Shown: positions 1-11,084, numbered from the stretch's first letter. The stretch is 64,000 nucleotides of DNA from Dehalococcoidia bacterium (GCA_965224345.1 CBDCYU010000003.1:1865748-1929747), one strand, 5' to 3'. The notes: a model not told the origin generated them from the letters alone. Program-made: numbers and translations.

Positions 1-2
1 AC

Positions 3-242
3 AACGGCGCCGGCACAGACCACGGCTCCGGCGGCGTGGCTTTCCTGATCGGCGGCGAGGTCAACGGCGGCATGTACGCGGAGTTCCCGTCGCTGAATCC
101 GGATGCCCAGCTAGAGGGCGACCTCCGCTTCAACAACGACTTCCGCTCGACCTACTCGACGGTCTTGGAGCAGTGGCTGGGCCTGGACGCGCCCTCCATC
201 GTCAACGGTCAGTTCGAGCAGTTCCCCGTCTTCCAGGGCTAA
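3..242 (+). CDS. DUF1501 domain protein, C-terminal fragment (5' end outside window)
   Basis: Frame is open from the window edge (NGAGTDHGSGGVAFLIGGEVNGGMY...RFNNDFRSTYSTVLEQWLG), matching the conserved C-terminal block of DUF1501/sulfatase-like proteins. TAA stop at 240-242. A DUF1800 partner gene follows. Confidence 0.7.
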   Translation, partial: NGAGTDHGSGGVAFLIGGEVNGGMYAEFPSLNPDAQLEGDLRFNNDFRSTYSTVLEQWLGLDAPSIVNGQFEQFPVFQG

Positions 243-301
243 CGCTCAAGAAGGCGGAGGACGGCTATCTAGATCAGCAATCCGCGTTGGAAGGAAGTGA
301 T

Positions 302-1717
302 ATGAGCAGTCAAGATATCGAGTTGATGGCCCACCTGATGCGCCGCGCGGGCTTCTCTGCGACGCGAGACGAGCTTGAAGAGTACGTCGCCAAGGGCTAC
401 GACGCCGTGGTGGAGGAGCTCCTCCACCCGGTAGACCCGCAGAATCTGCCCGACGACCTGATCCGGCGCTACCACACGGACCAGCACGAGATGCGGCAGC
501 TTGCCGGCGCCGGCGCCTACTGGATGTACCGGATGATCACCACCAGGTGCCCGCTGGAGGAGAAGGTCGCCCTCTTCTTCCACAGCCTCTTCGCCACCGG
601 GTACTCGAAGCTCAACCAGGCCAGGGTGCTGGCTAACCAGATCGACATGTTCCGGCGGTTCGGCCTGGGAAGCTTCCGAGACCTCCTGATCGAGCTGTCG
701 AAAGACCCGGCCATGATTATCTGGCTGGACAACAACGACAACCACAAGGGGGCGGTCAATGAGAACTACGGCAGGGAGCTGCTGGAGCTGTTCTCGATGG
801 GAATCGGAAACTACACCGAGGATGACGTGAAAGAGTGCGCCAGGGCGTTCACGGGGTGGACGCTAGGCAACGCGGAGTACATGGCGGTCCGCGCCGGCAA
901 AGACTCCGTCTGGCCCTACTCGCGCATCGCCTGGCACTTCGACTACCGCGACTACGATCACGACGACAGCGAGAAGACGTTCCTTGGCGAGGTGGGCAGA
1001 TTCAACGGCCAGGACATCATCGACATCATCGTCAAGCAGGAGGCCGCTGCCAGGTTCATCTGCACGCGCCTGTTCCAGTTCTTCGCCGCGGACGAGGTGG
1101 ACGATGACGGCGAAGAGGTCATTGAGTCGATGATGGCCTCCTACCACGAGTCGGACTACGAGCTGCGCTCGGTCCTCAGGACCCTGTTCACCTCCGACTA
1201 CTTCAAGTCCGAGAAGGCGCGCTTCGCCCGGATGAAGGCGCCGGTGGAGGTCGTGGTCGGCGCGGTACGCCAGGCTGGCGGCTACGACACCCCGACCATA
1301 GGCGTGGAGCAGCTGCCCTCCCAGGCGGGCTTCATGGGTCAGGGCCTTCTTCAGCCGCCCACCGTCGAGGGATGGCACGAGGGCGTCGAGTGGATCGAGA
1401 GCGGCTCGCTGGTAGAGCGGGTCAACTTCGCCTCCAAGCAGGTGAGCGAAGTCAGCAGGCCCGGCGTCCGCGCCATAATCGACAGGATCGCCGCCGACAA
1501 CGGCGGCGTCCTCTCGCCCGAGGAGCTGGTGGACAAGTGCCTGGACCTTCTCGGTCCGATCCCCGCGTCGGAGGAGACCCGCTCCTCGCTGATCGAATAC
1601 GCATCGGCCAACGGCGACGTGGACCTCAGGAAGCATCAGCCGGGGGATGACGCCGAGCAACGGGTGGGCGACGTGCTGAGGCTAGTGGCCTCGTCAAGGG
1701 AGTTCCAGCTGGCCTGA
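302..1717 (+). CDS. DUF1800 domain-containing protein
   Basis: ATG at 302 preceded by GGAAGGAAG. Conserved DUF1800 blocks are present: EKVALFFHSLFAT, MIIWLDNNDNHKGAVNENYGRELLELFSMG, ARAFTGWT. Confidence 0.85.
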   Translation: MSSQDIELMAHLMRRAGFSATRDELEEYVAKGYDAVVEELLHPVDPQNLPDDLIRRYHTDQHEMRQLAGAGAYWMYRMITTRCPLEEKVALFFHSLFATGYSKLNQARVLANQIDMFRRFGLGSFRDLLIELSKDPAMIIWLDNNDNHKGAVNENYGRELLELFSMGIGNYTEDDVKECARAFTGWTLGNAEYMAVRAGKDSVWPYSRIAWHFDYRDYDHDDSEKTFLGEVGRFNGQDIIDIIVKQEAAARFICTRLFQFFAADEVDDDGEEVIESMMASYHESDYELRSVLRTLFTSDYFKSEKARFARMKAPVEVVVGAVRQAGGYDTPTIGVEQLPSQAGFMGQGLLQPPTVEGWHEGVEWIESGSLVERVNFASKQVSEVSRPGVRAIIDRIAADNGGVLSPEELVDKCLDLLGPIPASEETRSSLIEYASANGDVDLRKHQPGDDAEQRVGDVLRLVASSREFQLA

Positions 1718-1823
1718 TGGCGGCCCGCAACCGCCCTTCTCCCTCGTTCCCGGCGCCTGACCTGATGGGCGGCTGGGAGTCGTTCGAATCGCCGGTTCCC
1801 TTACGGCGCACAGGGGTGCGAGA

Positions 1824-2855
1824 GTGACTACCCAGACCTCCAAGCAGAGCTTCCGGCTCGACTACCTCAAGACCATAGGCATCGTCAACAACGGCTTCAA
1901 CGGAAGAGGGTTCGCCAACCCCTACGACGTGTCCATCGGGAGGGACGGGAGAATCTTCGTCCTGAACAGGTGCGATACCGCTCGCGCCATTGCCGTCCGC
2001 GTTGGGATATGCAACCTGGACGAGGACTACCTGGGCGAGTTCAGCAACGGTTACGGCTCGGGAGAGGGCCAGCTCATCTGGCCCGTGGCGATGGCAATGG
2101 ACAGCCAGGACAGCCTGTACGTCACCGACGAGCAGAACCATCGGGTCACCGTGTACGACTCTTCCGGCGTCTTCCTGCGCCAGTGGGGCGGCGCGGGCAG
2201 CGGCGACGGGGAGGTCCAGGGGCCGTCCGGGATCGCCATAGACTCCAAGGACAACGTGTACGTCGTCGACCAGGGCAACAGCCGCATCCACAAGTTCACG
2301 ACCGACGGCCGGCACCTGCTCCAGTGGGGAGGTCCGGGCGGCGGCCCCGGCCAGTTCAACCTTCCGTGGGGCGTGGGAGTCGACTCGGACGACGACGTCT
2401 ACGTGGCCGACTGGCGCAACGACCGCATCCAGAAGTTCGCCCCGGACGGTACGTTCCTAGCCGCCTACGGCGAGTCCGGGAACGGCAACGGCCAGTTCCT
2501 GAGGCCGTCGGGGGTCGCGGTGGACCCGGACGGTTACATCTACGTGGCCGACTGGGGGAACGAGCGGGTGCAGGTGCTGCGGCCGGACGGCAGCTTCCAG
2601 AAGATGCTCAGAGGCGAGGCAACGCTCTCGAAGTGGGCCGAGGAGTTCTTCGCCGCGAACCCGGACGAGATGAAGGAGCGGGTGAGGTCCAATCTGCTCC
2701 CGGAGCTGCCGCCGCACCTGAACACGCCGTACCACACCTCGTCCCAGTCCGAGCCATACTTCTGGGGACCGGTCTCGGTGAGACTGGACACGGAGGGACG
2801 ACTCTACGTTGTGGAGTCGAGCCGCCACCGGATGCAGATATACCAGAGGGCGTAG
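1824..2855 (+). CDS. NHL-repeat (six-bladed beta-propeller) protein
   Basis: Repeated blades of the form GxGxGQFxxPxGVAVDxxGxVYVADxxNxRIQKF, at least 5 copies. Confidence 0.85.
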   Translation: MTTQTSKQSFRLDYLKTIGIVNNGFNGRGFANPYDVSIGRDGRIFVLNRCDTARAIAVRVGICNLDEDYLGEFSNGYGSGEGQLIWPVAMAMDSQDSLYVTDEQNHRVTVYDSSGVFLRQWGGAGSGDGEVQGPSGIAIDSKDNVYVVDQGNSRIHKFTTDGRHLLQWGGPGGGPGQFNLPWGVGVDSDDDVYVADWRNDRIQKFAPDGTFLAAYGESGNGNGQFLRPSGVAVDPDGYIYVADWGNERVQVLRPDGSFQKMLRGEATLSKWAEEFFAANPDEMKERVRSNLLPELPPHLNTPYHTSSQSEPYFWGPVSVRLDTEGRLYVVESSRHRMQIYQRA

Positions 2856-2894
2856 CCCGCCCAAAGACGACGCAGCCGCAACGGAGGACCAGCT

Positions 2895-4046
2895 ATGAGA
2901 GCCGTAGTCTACAAGGGCCCATTCGAGGTCGCAGTCGAGGAGGTGCCGGACCCCAAGATACTGCACCCCAACGACGTGATCGTAAAGATTACCTCTTCCT
3001 GCATATGCGGGTCGGACCTGCACATGTACGAAGGCCGGACGGCCGCCGAGGCGGGCATCGTCTTCGGCCACGAGAACATGGGGGTGATCGCGGAGGCCGG
3101 ACCGGCGGTCAAGACACTGGAGGTCGGCGACCGCGTGGTCATGCCCTTCAACGTGGCGTGCGGCTTCTGCAAGAACTGCCAAAGGGGGTTTACGGGCTTC
3201 TGCACCACGGTGAATCCGGGCTTCGCCGGGGGCGCATACGGCTACGTGTCGATGGGACCGTGGGGCGGCGGCCAAGCCGAGTACCTCCAGGTACCCTTCG
3301 CCGACTTCAACTGCCTGCCCCTGCCGGCCGGGGACGAGTTCGAGGCCGACTTCTCCCTGCTGGCCGACATCTTCCCGACGGGGTACCACGGCGCTGAGCT
3401 GGCGGACGTCAGCCCGGGGGAGAGCGTGGCGGTGTTCGGCGCGGGTCCCGTGGGCCTGATGGCAGCCTACAGCTGCGTGATCCGGGGCGCCGCCGAGGTG
3501 TACTCCGTCGACCACGTCCAGGAGCGTCTGGACAAGGCGGAGGAGATCGGCGCGATTCCCATCAACTTCGACGAGGGCGACTCGGTGGAGCAGATCAAGG
3601 AGCACCGCAGCGGGGAGGGCGTCGACAAGGCCATCGACGCCGTCGGCTACCAGGCCACGGTTCCGGGCTCTTCGCCCGCAGGCGGCGAGGCCGACGAGAT
3701 GCCCAACATCGTGCTCAACCAGATCATCGACGTGGTCAACCCCACCGGAGCGCTGGGGATTCCGGGCCTATACGTGCCCACCGATCCCGGCGGAGTCGAT
3801 GAAGAGGCCAAGAGGGGCTCCCTATCCCTAAACTTCGGGCGACTCTTCGAGAAGGGGCTGAGGCTTGGCACGGGCCAGTGCAACGTCAAGAGCTACAACG
3901 CCTATCTCCGGGACCTGATCATAGCGGGCAAGGCGAAGCCCAGCTTCGTGGTGTCCCACGAGGTACCCCTGGAAGATGCCCCGGACGCCTACGACAAGTT
4001 CGACAAGCGCGTCGAGGGTTACACCAAGGTGATCCTGAACCCGTAG
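2895..4046 (+). CDS. Zn-dependent alcohol dehydrogenase family, glutathione-independent formaldehyde dehydrogenase-like
   Basis: Motifs CGSDLHMYEGR, GHENMGV, structural-Zn cysteines CGFCKNCQRGFTGFC, and Rossmann motif VFGAGPVGLMAA. Confidence 0.9.
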   Translation: MRAVVYKGPFEVAVEEVPDPKILHPNDVIVKITSSCICGSDLHMYEGRTAAEAGIVFGHENMGVIAEAGPAVKTLEVGDRVVMPFNVACGFCKNCQRGFTGFCTTVNPGFAGGAYGYVSMGPWGGGQAEYLQVPFADFNCLPLPAGDEFEADFSLLADIFPTGYHGAELADVSPGESVAVFGAGPVGLMAAYSCVIRGAAEVYSVDHVQERLDKAEEIGAIPINFDEGDSVEQIKEHRSGEGVDKAIDAVGYQATVPGSSPAGGEADEMPNIVLNQIIDVVNPTGALGIPGLYVPTDPGGVDEEAKRGSLSLNFGRLFEKGLRLGTGQCNVKSYNAYLRDLIIAGKAKPSFVVSHEVPLEDAPDAYDKFDKRVEGYTKVILNP

Positions 4047-4086
4047 GCATCGCCCTTCCTGCCCTCAGGCTAAAGGGGACTATCCC

Positions 4087-4899
4087 ATGCTGAAGGTTGG
4101 ATGGTTTTCGACCGGTAGGGGACCGGGCTCCAGGGCCTTCTTGGAGCTGGTGCAGGGCCGAATCGAGTCCGGCGACCTCGGTGCGCGGATCGAGTTCGTA
4201 TTCAGCAACCGGGAGCGCGGCGAGGCCGAGGGCAGCGATGAGTTCTTCGATCTCGTGGAGGGCCACGGCCTGCCCTTGGTCACCCTCTCGTCCGCCAGAT
4301 GGCGTCGGGAGCACGGCGGGGGCTCGATGTCGAGACACCGCGACGCCTTCCACGACGAGGTCATGCGTCGGGTCTCCGCGTTCGCTCCGGACATCTCCGT
4401 GCTCGCCGGCTACATGGTGTTCCTGAGCGACGACATGGTGAGAAGGTACACAGCGGTCAACCTCCATCCGGCGCTCCCCGGCGGCCCCGTGGGGACGTGG
4501 CAGCAGGTGATCTGGGGGCTTATCCGGCAGAGGGCTGCGGAGACCGGGGTCATGGTCCATCTTGCCACCGAGGACTGGGACGAGGGGCCGCTGATATCCT
4601 ACTGCAGCTTCCCCATCCGCGGCCCTGGCTTCGACCCGCTCTGGGAGGGAGCGGAGAACGCCTCCCTGAAGGACCTCAAGGCAGAGGGGGAGGAGCAGCC
4701 CCTGTTCAAGCGGATCCGCCAAGAAGGGATGCGCCGGGAGAGGCCCCTGCTGCTGGAGACGATCAGGGCTCTGGACGACGGCCGTCTGCGGATATCCGGC
4801 GGGCGCGTCCTGGATGCCGACGGAGCTCCGTCGAGCGGTTCGCTCCTCAACGAGGAGGTCGACCACCACCTGGAGAGGGAGACGGCCGAAGGGGGATAG
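4087..4899 (+). CDS. Formyltransferase family protein (PurN-like)
   Basis: N-terminal MLKVGWFSTGRGPGSRAF and the VNLHPALPGGPVGTW motif resemble the folate-dependent formyltransferase fold, with a longer C-terminus than canonical PurN. Confidence 0.7.
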   Translation: MLKVGWFSTGRGPGSRAFLELVQGRIESGDLGARIEFVFSNRERGEAEGSDEFFDLVEGHGLPLVTLSSARWRREHGGGSMSRHRDAFHDEVMRRVSAFAPDISVLAGYMVFLSDDMVRRYTAVNLHPALPGGPVGTWQQVIWGLIRQRAAETGVMVHLATEDWDEGPLISYCSFPIRGPGFDPLWEGAENASLKDLKAEGEEQPLFKRIRQEGMRRERPLLLETIRALDDGRLRISGGRVLDADGAPSSGSLLNEEVDHHLERETAEGG

Positions 4900-4908
4900 A
4901 GAGGTCGC

Positions 4909-6189
4909 CTAGGCGGACTTCTTCTCAGGGGGCATCATCAGCCGCTCCCCGGCCTCGGTCTCGAGCCTGACCGGAGATTCGCCGAGGATGGCGCTGGTGT
5001 CCACTATGCACCGGCTCACGCCGCTCATGCTTGGAAGCTCATACATGACGTCCAGCAGGGTGTACTCCAGGATAGCCCGCAGCCCGCGGGCCCCGGTCCT
5101 CTGCTTCAGGGCCTCTTGGGCCGCCGTCCTGAGGGCGTCTTCGGTGAAGAGCAGCTCCACGTTGTCCATGCCGAACAGGGCCTGGTACTGGCGAACGAAG
5201 GCGTTCTTGGGCTCCGTCAGCACCTGGATCAGCGCCTCTTCGTCGAGGCTCTTCAGGGTGGCAATGACCGGGAGGCGGCCAACGAACTCGGGGATGAAGC
5301 CATACTCCAGTACGTCCTCCGGACCGCAGTGCTCCAGGACCTTCTCCCTGGAGTTGGGGCCCGCGTCGCCGATGGCGTCGGCCCTGAATCCGATGGTACG
5401 GCTGCCCTTGTAGACCCTTCTCTCGATGATGTCGGTCATGCCGCTGAAGGCACCGCCGCACATGAACAGTATGTCGTCGGTACGGATCTGCAGGAAGTCC
5501 TGGTGGGGGTGCTTGCGTCCTCCCTGGGGAGGTACGTTGGCGACGCAGCCCTCTATGATCTTGAGCAGGGCCTGCTGCACGCCCTCGCCGGAGACGTCCC
5601 GCGTGATCGACGGGTTCGAGCCCTTGCGGGCGATCTTGTCTATCTCGTCGATATATATGATCCCCTGCTCCGCCCTGGAAACGTCGAAGTCGGCGGCCTG
5701 TATCAGGTGGAGCAGGATGTTCTCCACGTCCTCTCCGACGTATCCGGCCTCGGTCAGCGAGGTGGCGTCGGCGATGGCGAAGGGGACCTCCAGTATCCTG
5801 GCCAGGGTCTGCGCGAGGTGGGTCTTGCCCGAGCCCGAGGGGCCCAGCATGAGGATATTGGCCTTCTGCAGCTCTACGTCCTCGATCTGCTTGCCCGACC
5901 AGACCCGCTTGTAGTGGTTGTAGACCGCGACGCTCAGAACTTTCTTGGCCATCTCCTGACCGACGACGTACTCCTCCAGCTTCTGGTAGATCCACTTGGG
6001 GTTGAGCCCTTTGGCGACCTCCCTGGCAGACTCGGGGGCCTCGGAGGGACTCTCATCCGCGATGATCTGATCGCAGAGGGTAACGCACTCGTCGCAGATC
6101 CAGACCCTATCCATCCCCGCTATGAGGCGTTTCACCTGGGTCTGCGCCTTCCCGCAGAAGGAGCACTGGAAGTCGCTTCTGATGGTCAT
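4909..6189 (-). CDS. clpX: ATP-dependent Clp protease ATP-binding subunit ClpX
   Basis: N-terminal zinc ribbon CSFCGK...CDEC, Walker A GPSGSGKT, Walker [11 protein letters not shown], and conserved full-length ClpX blocks. Confidence 0.97.
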   Translation of the reverse strand: MTIRSDFQCSFCGKAQTQVKRLIAGMDRVWICDECVTLCDQIIADESPSEAPESAREVAKGLNPKWIYQKLEEYVVGQEMAKKVLSVAVYNHYKRVWSGKQIEDVELQKANILMLGPSGSGKTHLAQTLARILEVPFAIADATSLTEAGYVGEDVENILLHLIQAADFDVSRAEQGIIYIDEIDKIARKGSNPSITRDVSGEGVQQALLKIIEGCVANVPPQGGRKHPHQDFLQIRTDDILFMCGGAFSGMTDIIERRVYKGSRTIGFRADAIGDAGPNSREKVLEHCGPEDVLEYGFIPEFVGRLPVIATLKSLDEEALIQVLTEPKNAFVRQYQALFGMDNVELLFTEDALRTAAQEALKQRTGARGLRAILEYTLLDVMYELPSMSGVSRCIVDTSAILGESPVRLETEAGERLMMPPEKKSA

Positions 6190-6255
6190 AGACGGTCTAC
6201 CTCCGGGCGCTAAGCGCGGGCTTCGGGTATCAAGCGTCTATCTCCGTGAGGTCCA

Positions 6256-6870
6256 CTAGGCATCGTCTGCCAACGGACGCTGCTTCAGCACCTCGTCGAT
6301 CAGGCCATACTCCTGGGCCTGCTCGGCGCTCAGGTAGTAGTCGCGGTCGGTATCCTGGGCCACCTTATCGTAGGACTGGCCCGTGAACTCGGAGATTATC
6401 AGGCGAAGCTTCTCCTGCATGCGGAGGATCTCCCGCGCCTGAATCTCGATATCGGACGCCTGACCCTGGGCGCCGCCCATGGGCTGGTGCATGTGGATTG
6501 TGGAGTTGGGCAGGGCGTAGCGCTTCTTGGAAGCGCCGGCGCACAGGAGCACTGTTCCCATGCTGGCCGCCAGGCCAACGCATATTGTCGAGATGTCGGG
6601 CCGGATGAGGCGCATCGTATCGTAGATGGCCAGACCCGCCGTGACGACTCCCCCGGGAGAGTTGATGTAGAGGTTGACGTCGCGCTCGGGATCCTCTCGC
6701 TCCAGATAGAGGAGCTGTGCGATGATGTTGTTGGCGACCTGGTCCACGATGGGCATACCGAGAAAGACGATCCGCTCCTTGAGCAGAAGCGAATAGATGT
6801 CGAACGCCCGCTCGCCGCGTGCGCCGGTCTCAACCACCATCGGGATCAAGTCTTCAGGCCTGCTTATCAC
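6256..6870 (-). CDS. clpP: ATP-dependent Clp protease proteolytic subunit ClpP
   Basis: Motifs [21 protein letters not shown], catalytic GLAASMG and IHMHQP. I place the start at GTG 6870 because AAGGAG lies 6 nt upstream. The track ORF extends to 6936 and ATG 6900 is an alternative start. Confidence 0.93.
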   Translation of the reverse strand: MISRPEDLIPMVVETGARGERAFDIYSLLLKERIVFLGMPIVDQVANNIIAQLLYLEREDPERDVNLYINSPGGVVTAGLAIYDTMRLIRPDISTICVGLAASMGTVLLCAGASKKRYALPNSTIHMHQPMGGAQGQASDIEIQAREILRMQEKLRLIISEFTGQSYDKVAQDTDRDYYLSAEQAQEYGLIDEVLKQRPLADDA

Positions 6871-8230
6871 TAGCTTCTCCTTCGTCCCTCTTGGATTCAT
6901 CGTCTTGCGTATCTTGCGTATCTTCGGTCTGCCCACCCTCGTCTTGAGCCGAGGCAGCGCCCCCCTGTCCCTTGGTGATGGCCACCAAACGGTCCATCGT
7001 CTTCTCGGCGAGTAAGACCTGGCTAACCGAGCTCCTCACGCTCTCCTTGTCTGGTTGTCGACGCCCGCTGTCCGACTCGCTCAGGATCTCCTGGACCCGC
7101 TGCTCAACCTCGTCGTCGGATACCGAGATGCCCTCCGCCCTGCCCAGCTCCTCCAAGGCGACAGCGCGCTTGACCCGCTCCTCAGCGTCGTTGTACATGC
7201 TGAGGCGCATCTCATCCTCGGTCGAGTTGATCGATCTCAGGTAGTCGTCGGGCCGAATGTTTAGTCTGCTCAGAAGAGTCAGCTGCTGCTGCTCCAGGTG
7301 CTTGACCTCGTGCTCGACGATGACCTCGGCGAGCTCGAAGGAGGTGCCGTCCACCAGGGCCGTCATGGCGGCCTCGCGGTACCTTCCTGTCTCGGCGCCC
7401 TCAGCCTCGGTCCTCAGATCGGCCGCGACTCCCTCGCGCAGCTCCGCCAGGTCCTGATATCCTCTGCCGACTCCCTTGGCGAACTCGTCGTCAAGGTCCG
7501 GCAGGATCCTCTCCTTCACCTCTTTTACCGTGACCGAGAAGTGGGCCTCCTTTCCCGCCACGGAGTCGTCATGGAAGTCGCCGGGAATCTGGATGTCAAA
7601 CTCCCTGTCCTCGCCCGGGGGTATGCCCTCCAGGTGCTGGGAGAGGTCTGGGAAGTATGAGGAACCATCTTCTTGGAGGAGGTGCGACTGGTCTTTCACG
7701 TCCAGCAGGACCCTGTCTTCGATCTTGGATACGGCGTCCATAGTGACCAGATCACCCATCTGGAGCGGTCGATCCACCGGCTCCCAGCTCCCCATGCCGT
7801 TCCTCATCTCCTCGAGACGGGCCTGGACGTCTTCGTCGGTGACCTCCACCCCCTCCTCCGGGACCCTGAGCTCAGTGTATGGACCGAGGTCGACCTGGGG
7901 CTTCAGGGGTACGGTTGCCTCGAAGGTGACGGGGGCCATGTCCAGCAGCTCGATGTTGGGCGCGCCGCCAGCTTCGATCTGCTGGTCCTCGATGGCCCTG
8001 GAGGCGGCCTCCGGGAGCATCGAGTCGATGACTTCGCTGAGAAGCCTTTCGCGGCCAAGAAATCCCTCGATGATGCGGCGGGGAGCCTTGCCCTTACGGA
8101 ACCCGGGAATCGAGGTCTGTTGGACCAGGCGTCTGTACCCCATGTTCAGGTAAGGGTCCAAGTCCTCTTCCTGAAGCTCTACGTGGAGCACAGTCTGCAT
8201 GTCTACGATCTCGCTCTGGGTTATCTTCAC
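6854..8230 (-). CDS. tig: Trigger factor
   Basis: [20 protein letters not shown]..., [15 protein letters not shown], acidic C-terminal tail. GTG 8230 has AGGAG 7 nt upstream. The track ORF's extra 81 N-terminal codons look non-coding (R/G/P-rich). Confidence 0.92.
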   Translation of the reverse strand: MKITQSEIVDMQTVLHVELQEEDLDPYLNMGYRRLVQQTSIPGFRKGKAPRRIIEGFLGRERLLSEVIDSMLPEAASRAIEDQQIEAGGAPNIELLDMAPVTFEATVPLKPQVDLGPYTELRVPEEGVEVTDEDVQARLEEMRNGMGSWEPVDRPLQMGDLVTMDAVSKIEDRVLLDVKDQSHLLQEDGSSYFPDLSQHLEGIPPGEDREFDIQIPGDFHDDSVAGKEAHFSVTVKEVKERILPDLDDEFAKGVGRGYQDLAELREGVAADLRTEAEGAETGRYREAAMTALVDGTSFELAEVIVEHEVKHLEQQQLTLLSRLNIRPDDYLRSINSTEDEMRLSMYNDAEERVKRAVALEELGRAEGISVSDDEVEQRVQEILSESDSGRRQPDKESVRSSVSQVLLAEKTMDRLVAITKGQGGAASAQDEGGQTEDTQDTQDDESKRDEGEASDKQA

Positions 8231-8310
8231 GGACGACTCCTGAGAAAAAGCAAATGCCGCGTCTAGAATTATATCACGGCCCCTGGGAATAGGGGCATCT
8301 GCGGGCCGGG

Positions 8311-9534
8311 CTAGCGTGGGACGAGGCGATAGATACCGGCGCTTCTTGAGGGGTCGAAGTCCAGCACGTAGATCTCGCCCGACTGGTCTTCCCCGAAGGA
8401 CGAGATACTGAGGTCGGTCTCCACGAGCTCCAGCTGCTCCCGGACCTGGGCGCCCTCGTACCTGAGGGCCCATATCCGCCCGCTGCAGAAGTCTCCGTAG
8501 AGGTACGCCCCGAAGAGCGCCGGCAGCCGAGCGCCCCTGTAGACGTAGCCGCCGGTGATGGAGCAGCCCAGGTCATGCTCGTACTCGGCCACCGGCAGCT
8601 CCAAGCCTGTTCGATCGCATCCAACGCGGGGCGAGTAGCAGTGGGCTCCCTCCATCAAGCTCCAGCCGTAGTTCAGGCCCGGCCGGACCACGTCGATCTC
8701 CTCGTACTCCCACTGGCCGACGTCGGCAGCCCACAGGGTCCCGGTCTGCCGGTCGAAGGCGAACCGCCAGGGGTTCCGCAGCCCGTAGGCCCAGACCTCC
8801 TCTCGCGCGCCGCCGCCGGAGTCGACGAAGGGGTTGTCCGAGGGTACGGCATAGCCGCCAAGGGAGTCTATCGCGCTCACGTCTATTCTGATTATCGTTC
8901 CCAGGAGGGTAGATGGGTCCTGGCCATTGCCATGGGGATCACCTCGACTCCCGCCGTCGCCTATGCCTGCATAGAGGTAGCCGTCGGGCCCGAAGGCCAG
9001 CTGCCCGCCGTTGTGATTGGCGTAGGGCTGCGGCACCTCCAGGACGACCCGCTCGCTGTCAGGGTCGGCGACGCCGGGCCTACCCCGGGCAGACTGGAAC
9101 CTGGACACGACGATCCGCCTGGGCCCCGACGCCGAGTAGTAGACGTAGAGATACCCACTCTCCGCGAAGCCCGGGTCGAAGGCCAGCCCCAGCAGCCCCT
9201 CCTCGGTCCCGCGGTCACTGACCCTGTCCGTGATGTCCAGGAACGTCGCCGCCCGGTCGGCGGCCTGATCGTTGGGAAAGACCGCGATCACTCCATGCTT
9301 CTGGGCCACGTACAGCCGGTCTCTGCCGTCGTCCGGGAACGCCATCGCTATCATTCCCCGGAGGGACAGTCCGGGAAACGCCCGCTCGATCTCCATGGGA
9401 GCCAGGGCTTCTACGGAGGCAGCCGCCGGTGTGGGAAGCGGAGTCTCCTCCCCGAAGGAGTCCTCCACGTCGGCGGAAGTTGTGCAGACCGCGGCCACGA
9501 GGGCCGCCAGGATGACGGCGAAGAGGCTCTTCAT
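8311..9534 (-). CDS. PQQ-dependent sugar dehydrogenase (soluble glucose/sorbosone dehydrogenase family), secreted or lipoprotein
   Basis: Signal/lipobox-like MKSLFAVILAALVAAVC. Family blocks GLLGLAFDP, HNGGQLAFGPDGYLY, GDGG, GLRNPWRFAFD, NYGW. Confidence 0.85.
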   Translation of the reverse strand: MKSLFAVILAALVAAVCTTSADVEDSFGEETPLPTPAAASVEALAPMEIERAFPGLSLRGMIAMAFPDDGRDRLYVAQKHGVIAVFPNDQAADRAATFLDITDRVSDRGTEEGLLGLAFDPGFAESGYLYVYYSASGPRRIVVSRFQSARGRPGVADPDSERVVLEVPQPYANHNGGQLAFGPDGYLYAGIGDGGSRGDPHGNGQDPSTLLGTIIRIDVSAIDSLGGYAVPSDNPFVDSGGGAREEVWAYGLRNPWRFAFDRQTGTLWAADVGQWEYEEIDVVRPGLNYGWSLMEGAHCYSPRVGCDRTGLELPVAEYEHDLGCSITGGYVYRGARLPALFGAYLYGDFCSGRIWALRYEGAQVREQLELVETDLSISSFGEDQSGEIYVLDFDPSRSAGIYRLVPR

Positions 9535-9634
9535 ACTGCGATTATACGCTCTAGAGGAACGGCGGGGCTGCTGGTATCATGGCATCGCGCCACGCCCCGG
9601 GGGGCACTGCGATTCGGACTTGGAGGAAGAGACA

Positions 9635-10066
9635 GTGATAGTGAAGATGAACCACACCGGCTTCGTCGTGAGGGACATCGAGAAGTCCATCGAGTTCTAC
9701 CGTGACGTGATGGGCTTGGAGCTGACGAGGACCCTGGAGCGCGAGGGGCCGGCCATATCGCAGGTGCTGGGGTACGAGGCGACCCACATCAAGGGGGCGC
9801 TCCTGAGCGTGGCGGACGGTCACTTCCTGGAGCTTATCCAGTACGTTCACCCGGAGGGGGCCGCACGTCCCACGGAGGAGCGGAACACCCTGGGCGCCAC
9901 GCACTTGGCCTTTAACGTCGAGGGTATCGACGAGACCTTCGACCAGCTGATCAGCCGCGGCGCCCGGAGGCTCAATCCGCCCGCGAAGGTGGCGCCGGGC
10001 CGAACGGTCTGCTATCTCCAGGACCCCGACGGCAACTGGATCGAGCTGATAGAAGACGCCTCCTAG
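9635..10066 (+). CDS. VOC/glyoxalase family protein
   Basis: MNHTGFVVRDIEKSIEFYRDVMGLEL...HLAFNV...YLQDPDGNWIELI. GGAGG at 9622-9626 favours GTG 9635; ATG 9647 is an alternative. The upstream part of the track ORF is antisense to the preceding gene. Confidence 0.8.
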   Translation: MIVKMNHTGFVVRDIEKSIEFYRDVMGLELTRTLEREGPAISQVLGYEATHIKGALLSVADGHFLELIQYVHPEGAARPTEERNTLGATHLAFNVEGIDETFDQLISRGARRLNPPAKVAPGRTVCYLQDPDGNWIELIEDAS

Positions 10067-10917
10067 CGCTGGACCGCGCCGCCCAGCAGACTCGCCGGGT
10101 TGCCCTTCACCAGGGTGGAGACCTCGTCCGGCTCCAGGCCGGCGTTCAGCAGCTCGGCGATGGCCATCCTCATTCCCTCCGCCGGAGGGGGGTTCATCCA
10201 CTGGCCGAAGTCTGTGGTGACTACGCAGCTTGCCACTCCCAGATCCCTGATGGCTTCCGCCATCTTCTTCGGGGTAGTCCGACCCACGGAGGGCATGCAG
10301 GCAAGGAAGGTGAGCTCGACGTAGGCCCCCAGCGAGACCATCTTCCTCAGCTCCTCCGGCGTTGCCGCGCCGGTGGGATGGGTGGCCACCATGCCGCGGA
10401 CTCCCCTGAAGCCAGCCTCCTGGAACAGTGTTATCGCCTCGGTCGGCGAGACATGGCCGGAGGCCAGCACCATACCGCGGCTGCTCACGACGTCCAAGAC
10501 GTCGTGTACCTCCTGGGTAAGGCGGCCCGCCTCGTCCAGAAGAGCGATGCTCCCCTGGCGGTCCCGCATCGAGGAGCGGGCGCTGTACGTGGGCATCCAC
10601 ACCATCCTGGCGCCCAGGTCCGAGGCTGCCTCCACGGCGGCGGCGTTGAGACCGCCCACCGCTGCGTTCAGCGCCACGGCGCCGTGCACCCTAAGCCCGG
10701 GGTACATCCGCGAGAGGATGTCCGCCAGGGGCGCGGTGGGGTAGAGATGGGACTTCAGCACAAAGCCGCCCATCTCTGCCTCGTAGGCGTGCCTTCCCGT
10801 CTCCAGGGCATCCATGCGGCGCTGCCGGCCCGGCTCCGGACCCGAGTGGACGTGCATATCTATGGAGCCCCTGAGGAGCCCCTGGACGACTTCGCTCATC
10901 TGGTCAGATCGTTCCAT
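10063..10917 (-). CDS. Metal-dependent hydrolase, amidohydrolase-like TIM barrel (DUF6282-like)
   Basis: IDMHVHSGPE metal-binding motif near the N-terminus, then FVLKSH and SGHVS blocks. Start uncertain (ATG 10917 or 10899). Confidence 0.65.
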   Translation of the reverse strand: MERSDQMSEVVQGLLRGSIDMHVHSGPEPGRQRRMDALETGRHAYEAEMGGFVLKSHLYPTAPLADILSRMYPGLRVHGAVALNAAVGGLNAAAVEAASDLGARMVWMPTYSARSSMRDRQGSIALLDEAGRLTQEVHDVLDVVSSRGMVLASGHVSPTEAITLFQEAGFRGVRGMVATHPTGAATPEELRKMVSLGAYVELTFLACMPSVGRTTPKKMAEAIRDLGVASCVVTTDFGQWMNPPPAEGMRMAIAELLNAGLEPDEVSTLVKGNPASLLGGAVQR

Positions 10918-11084
10918 CGTCGCGGCGGGGACCGTCCGGCCCTCACCCCTCCTGGCCGTCGAGCCTAGCACATGGACCGCGCCGAGTTCAAACTGGGGAC
11001 GCCTTTGCTGGTGTACAATATGAGGAGGGAAGCTCAGGACTCGCCGGAGACCGGCGGCCTGTCATTCGTCGGCGAGGTGCCCGG

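Noticed and set aside
1970-3397. 475-aa plus-strand ORF bridging the NHL and dehydrogenase genes
   Set aside because: It is out of frame with two motif-supported genes and is an Arg/Gly/Pro-rich artefact.
6871-6936. Longer ClpP N-terminus ([17 protein letters not shown]...)
   Set aside because: It overlaps the 3' end of tig by up to 83 nt and has no RBS. GTG 6870 has AAGGAG at the correct spacing and keeps the conserved LIPMV N-terminal block.
8231-8473. 81-codon N-terminal extension of the trigger factor ORF
   Set aside because: It is R/G/P-rich and non-homologous. A canonical trigger factor N-terminus (KITQSE...) starts at GTG 8230 with an AGGAG RBS.
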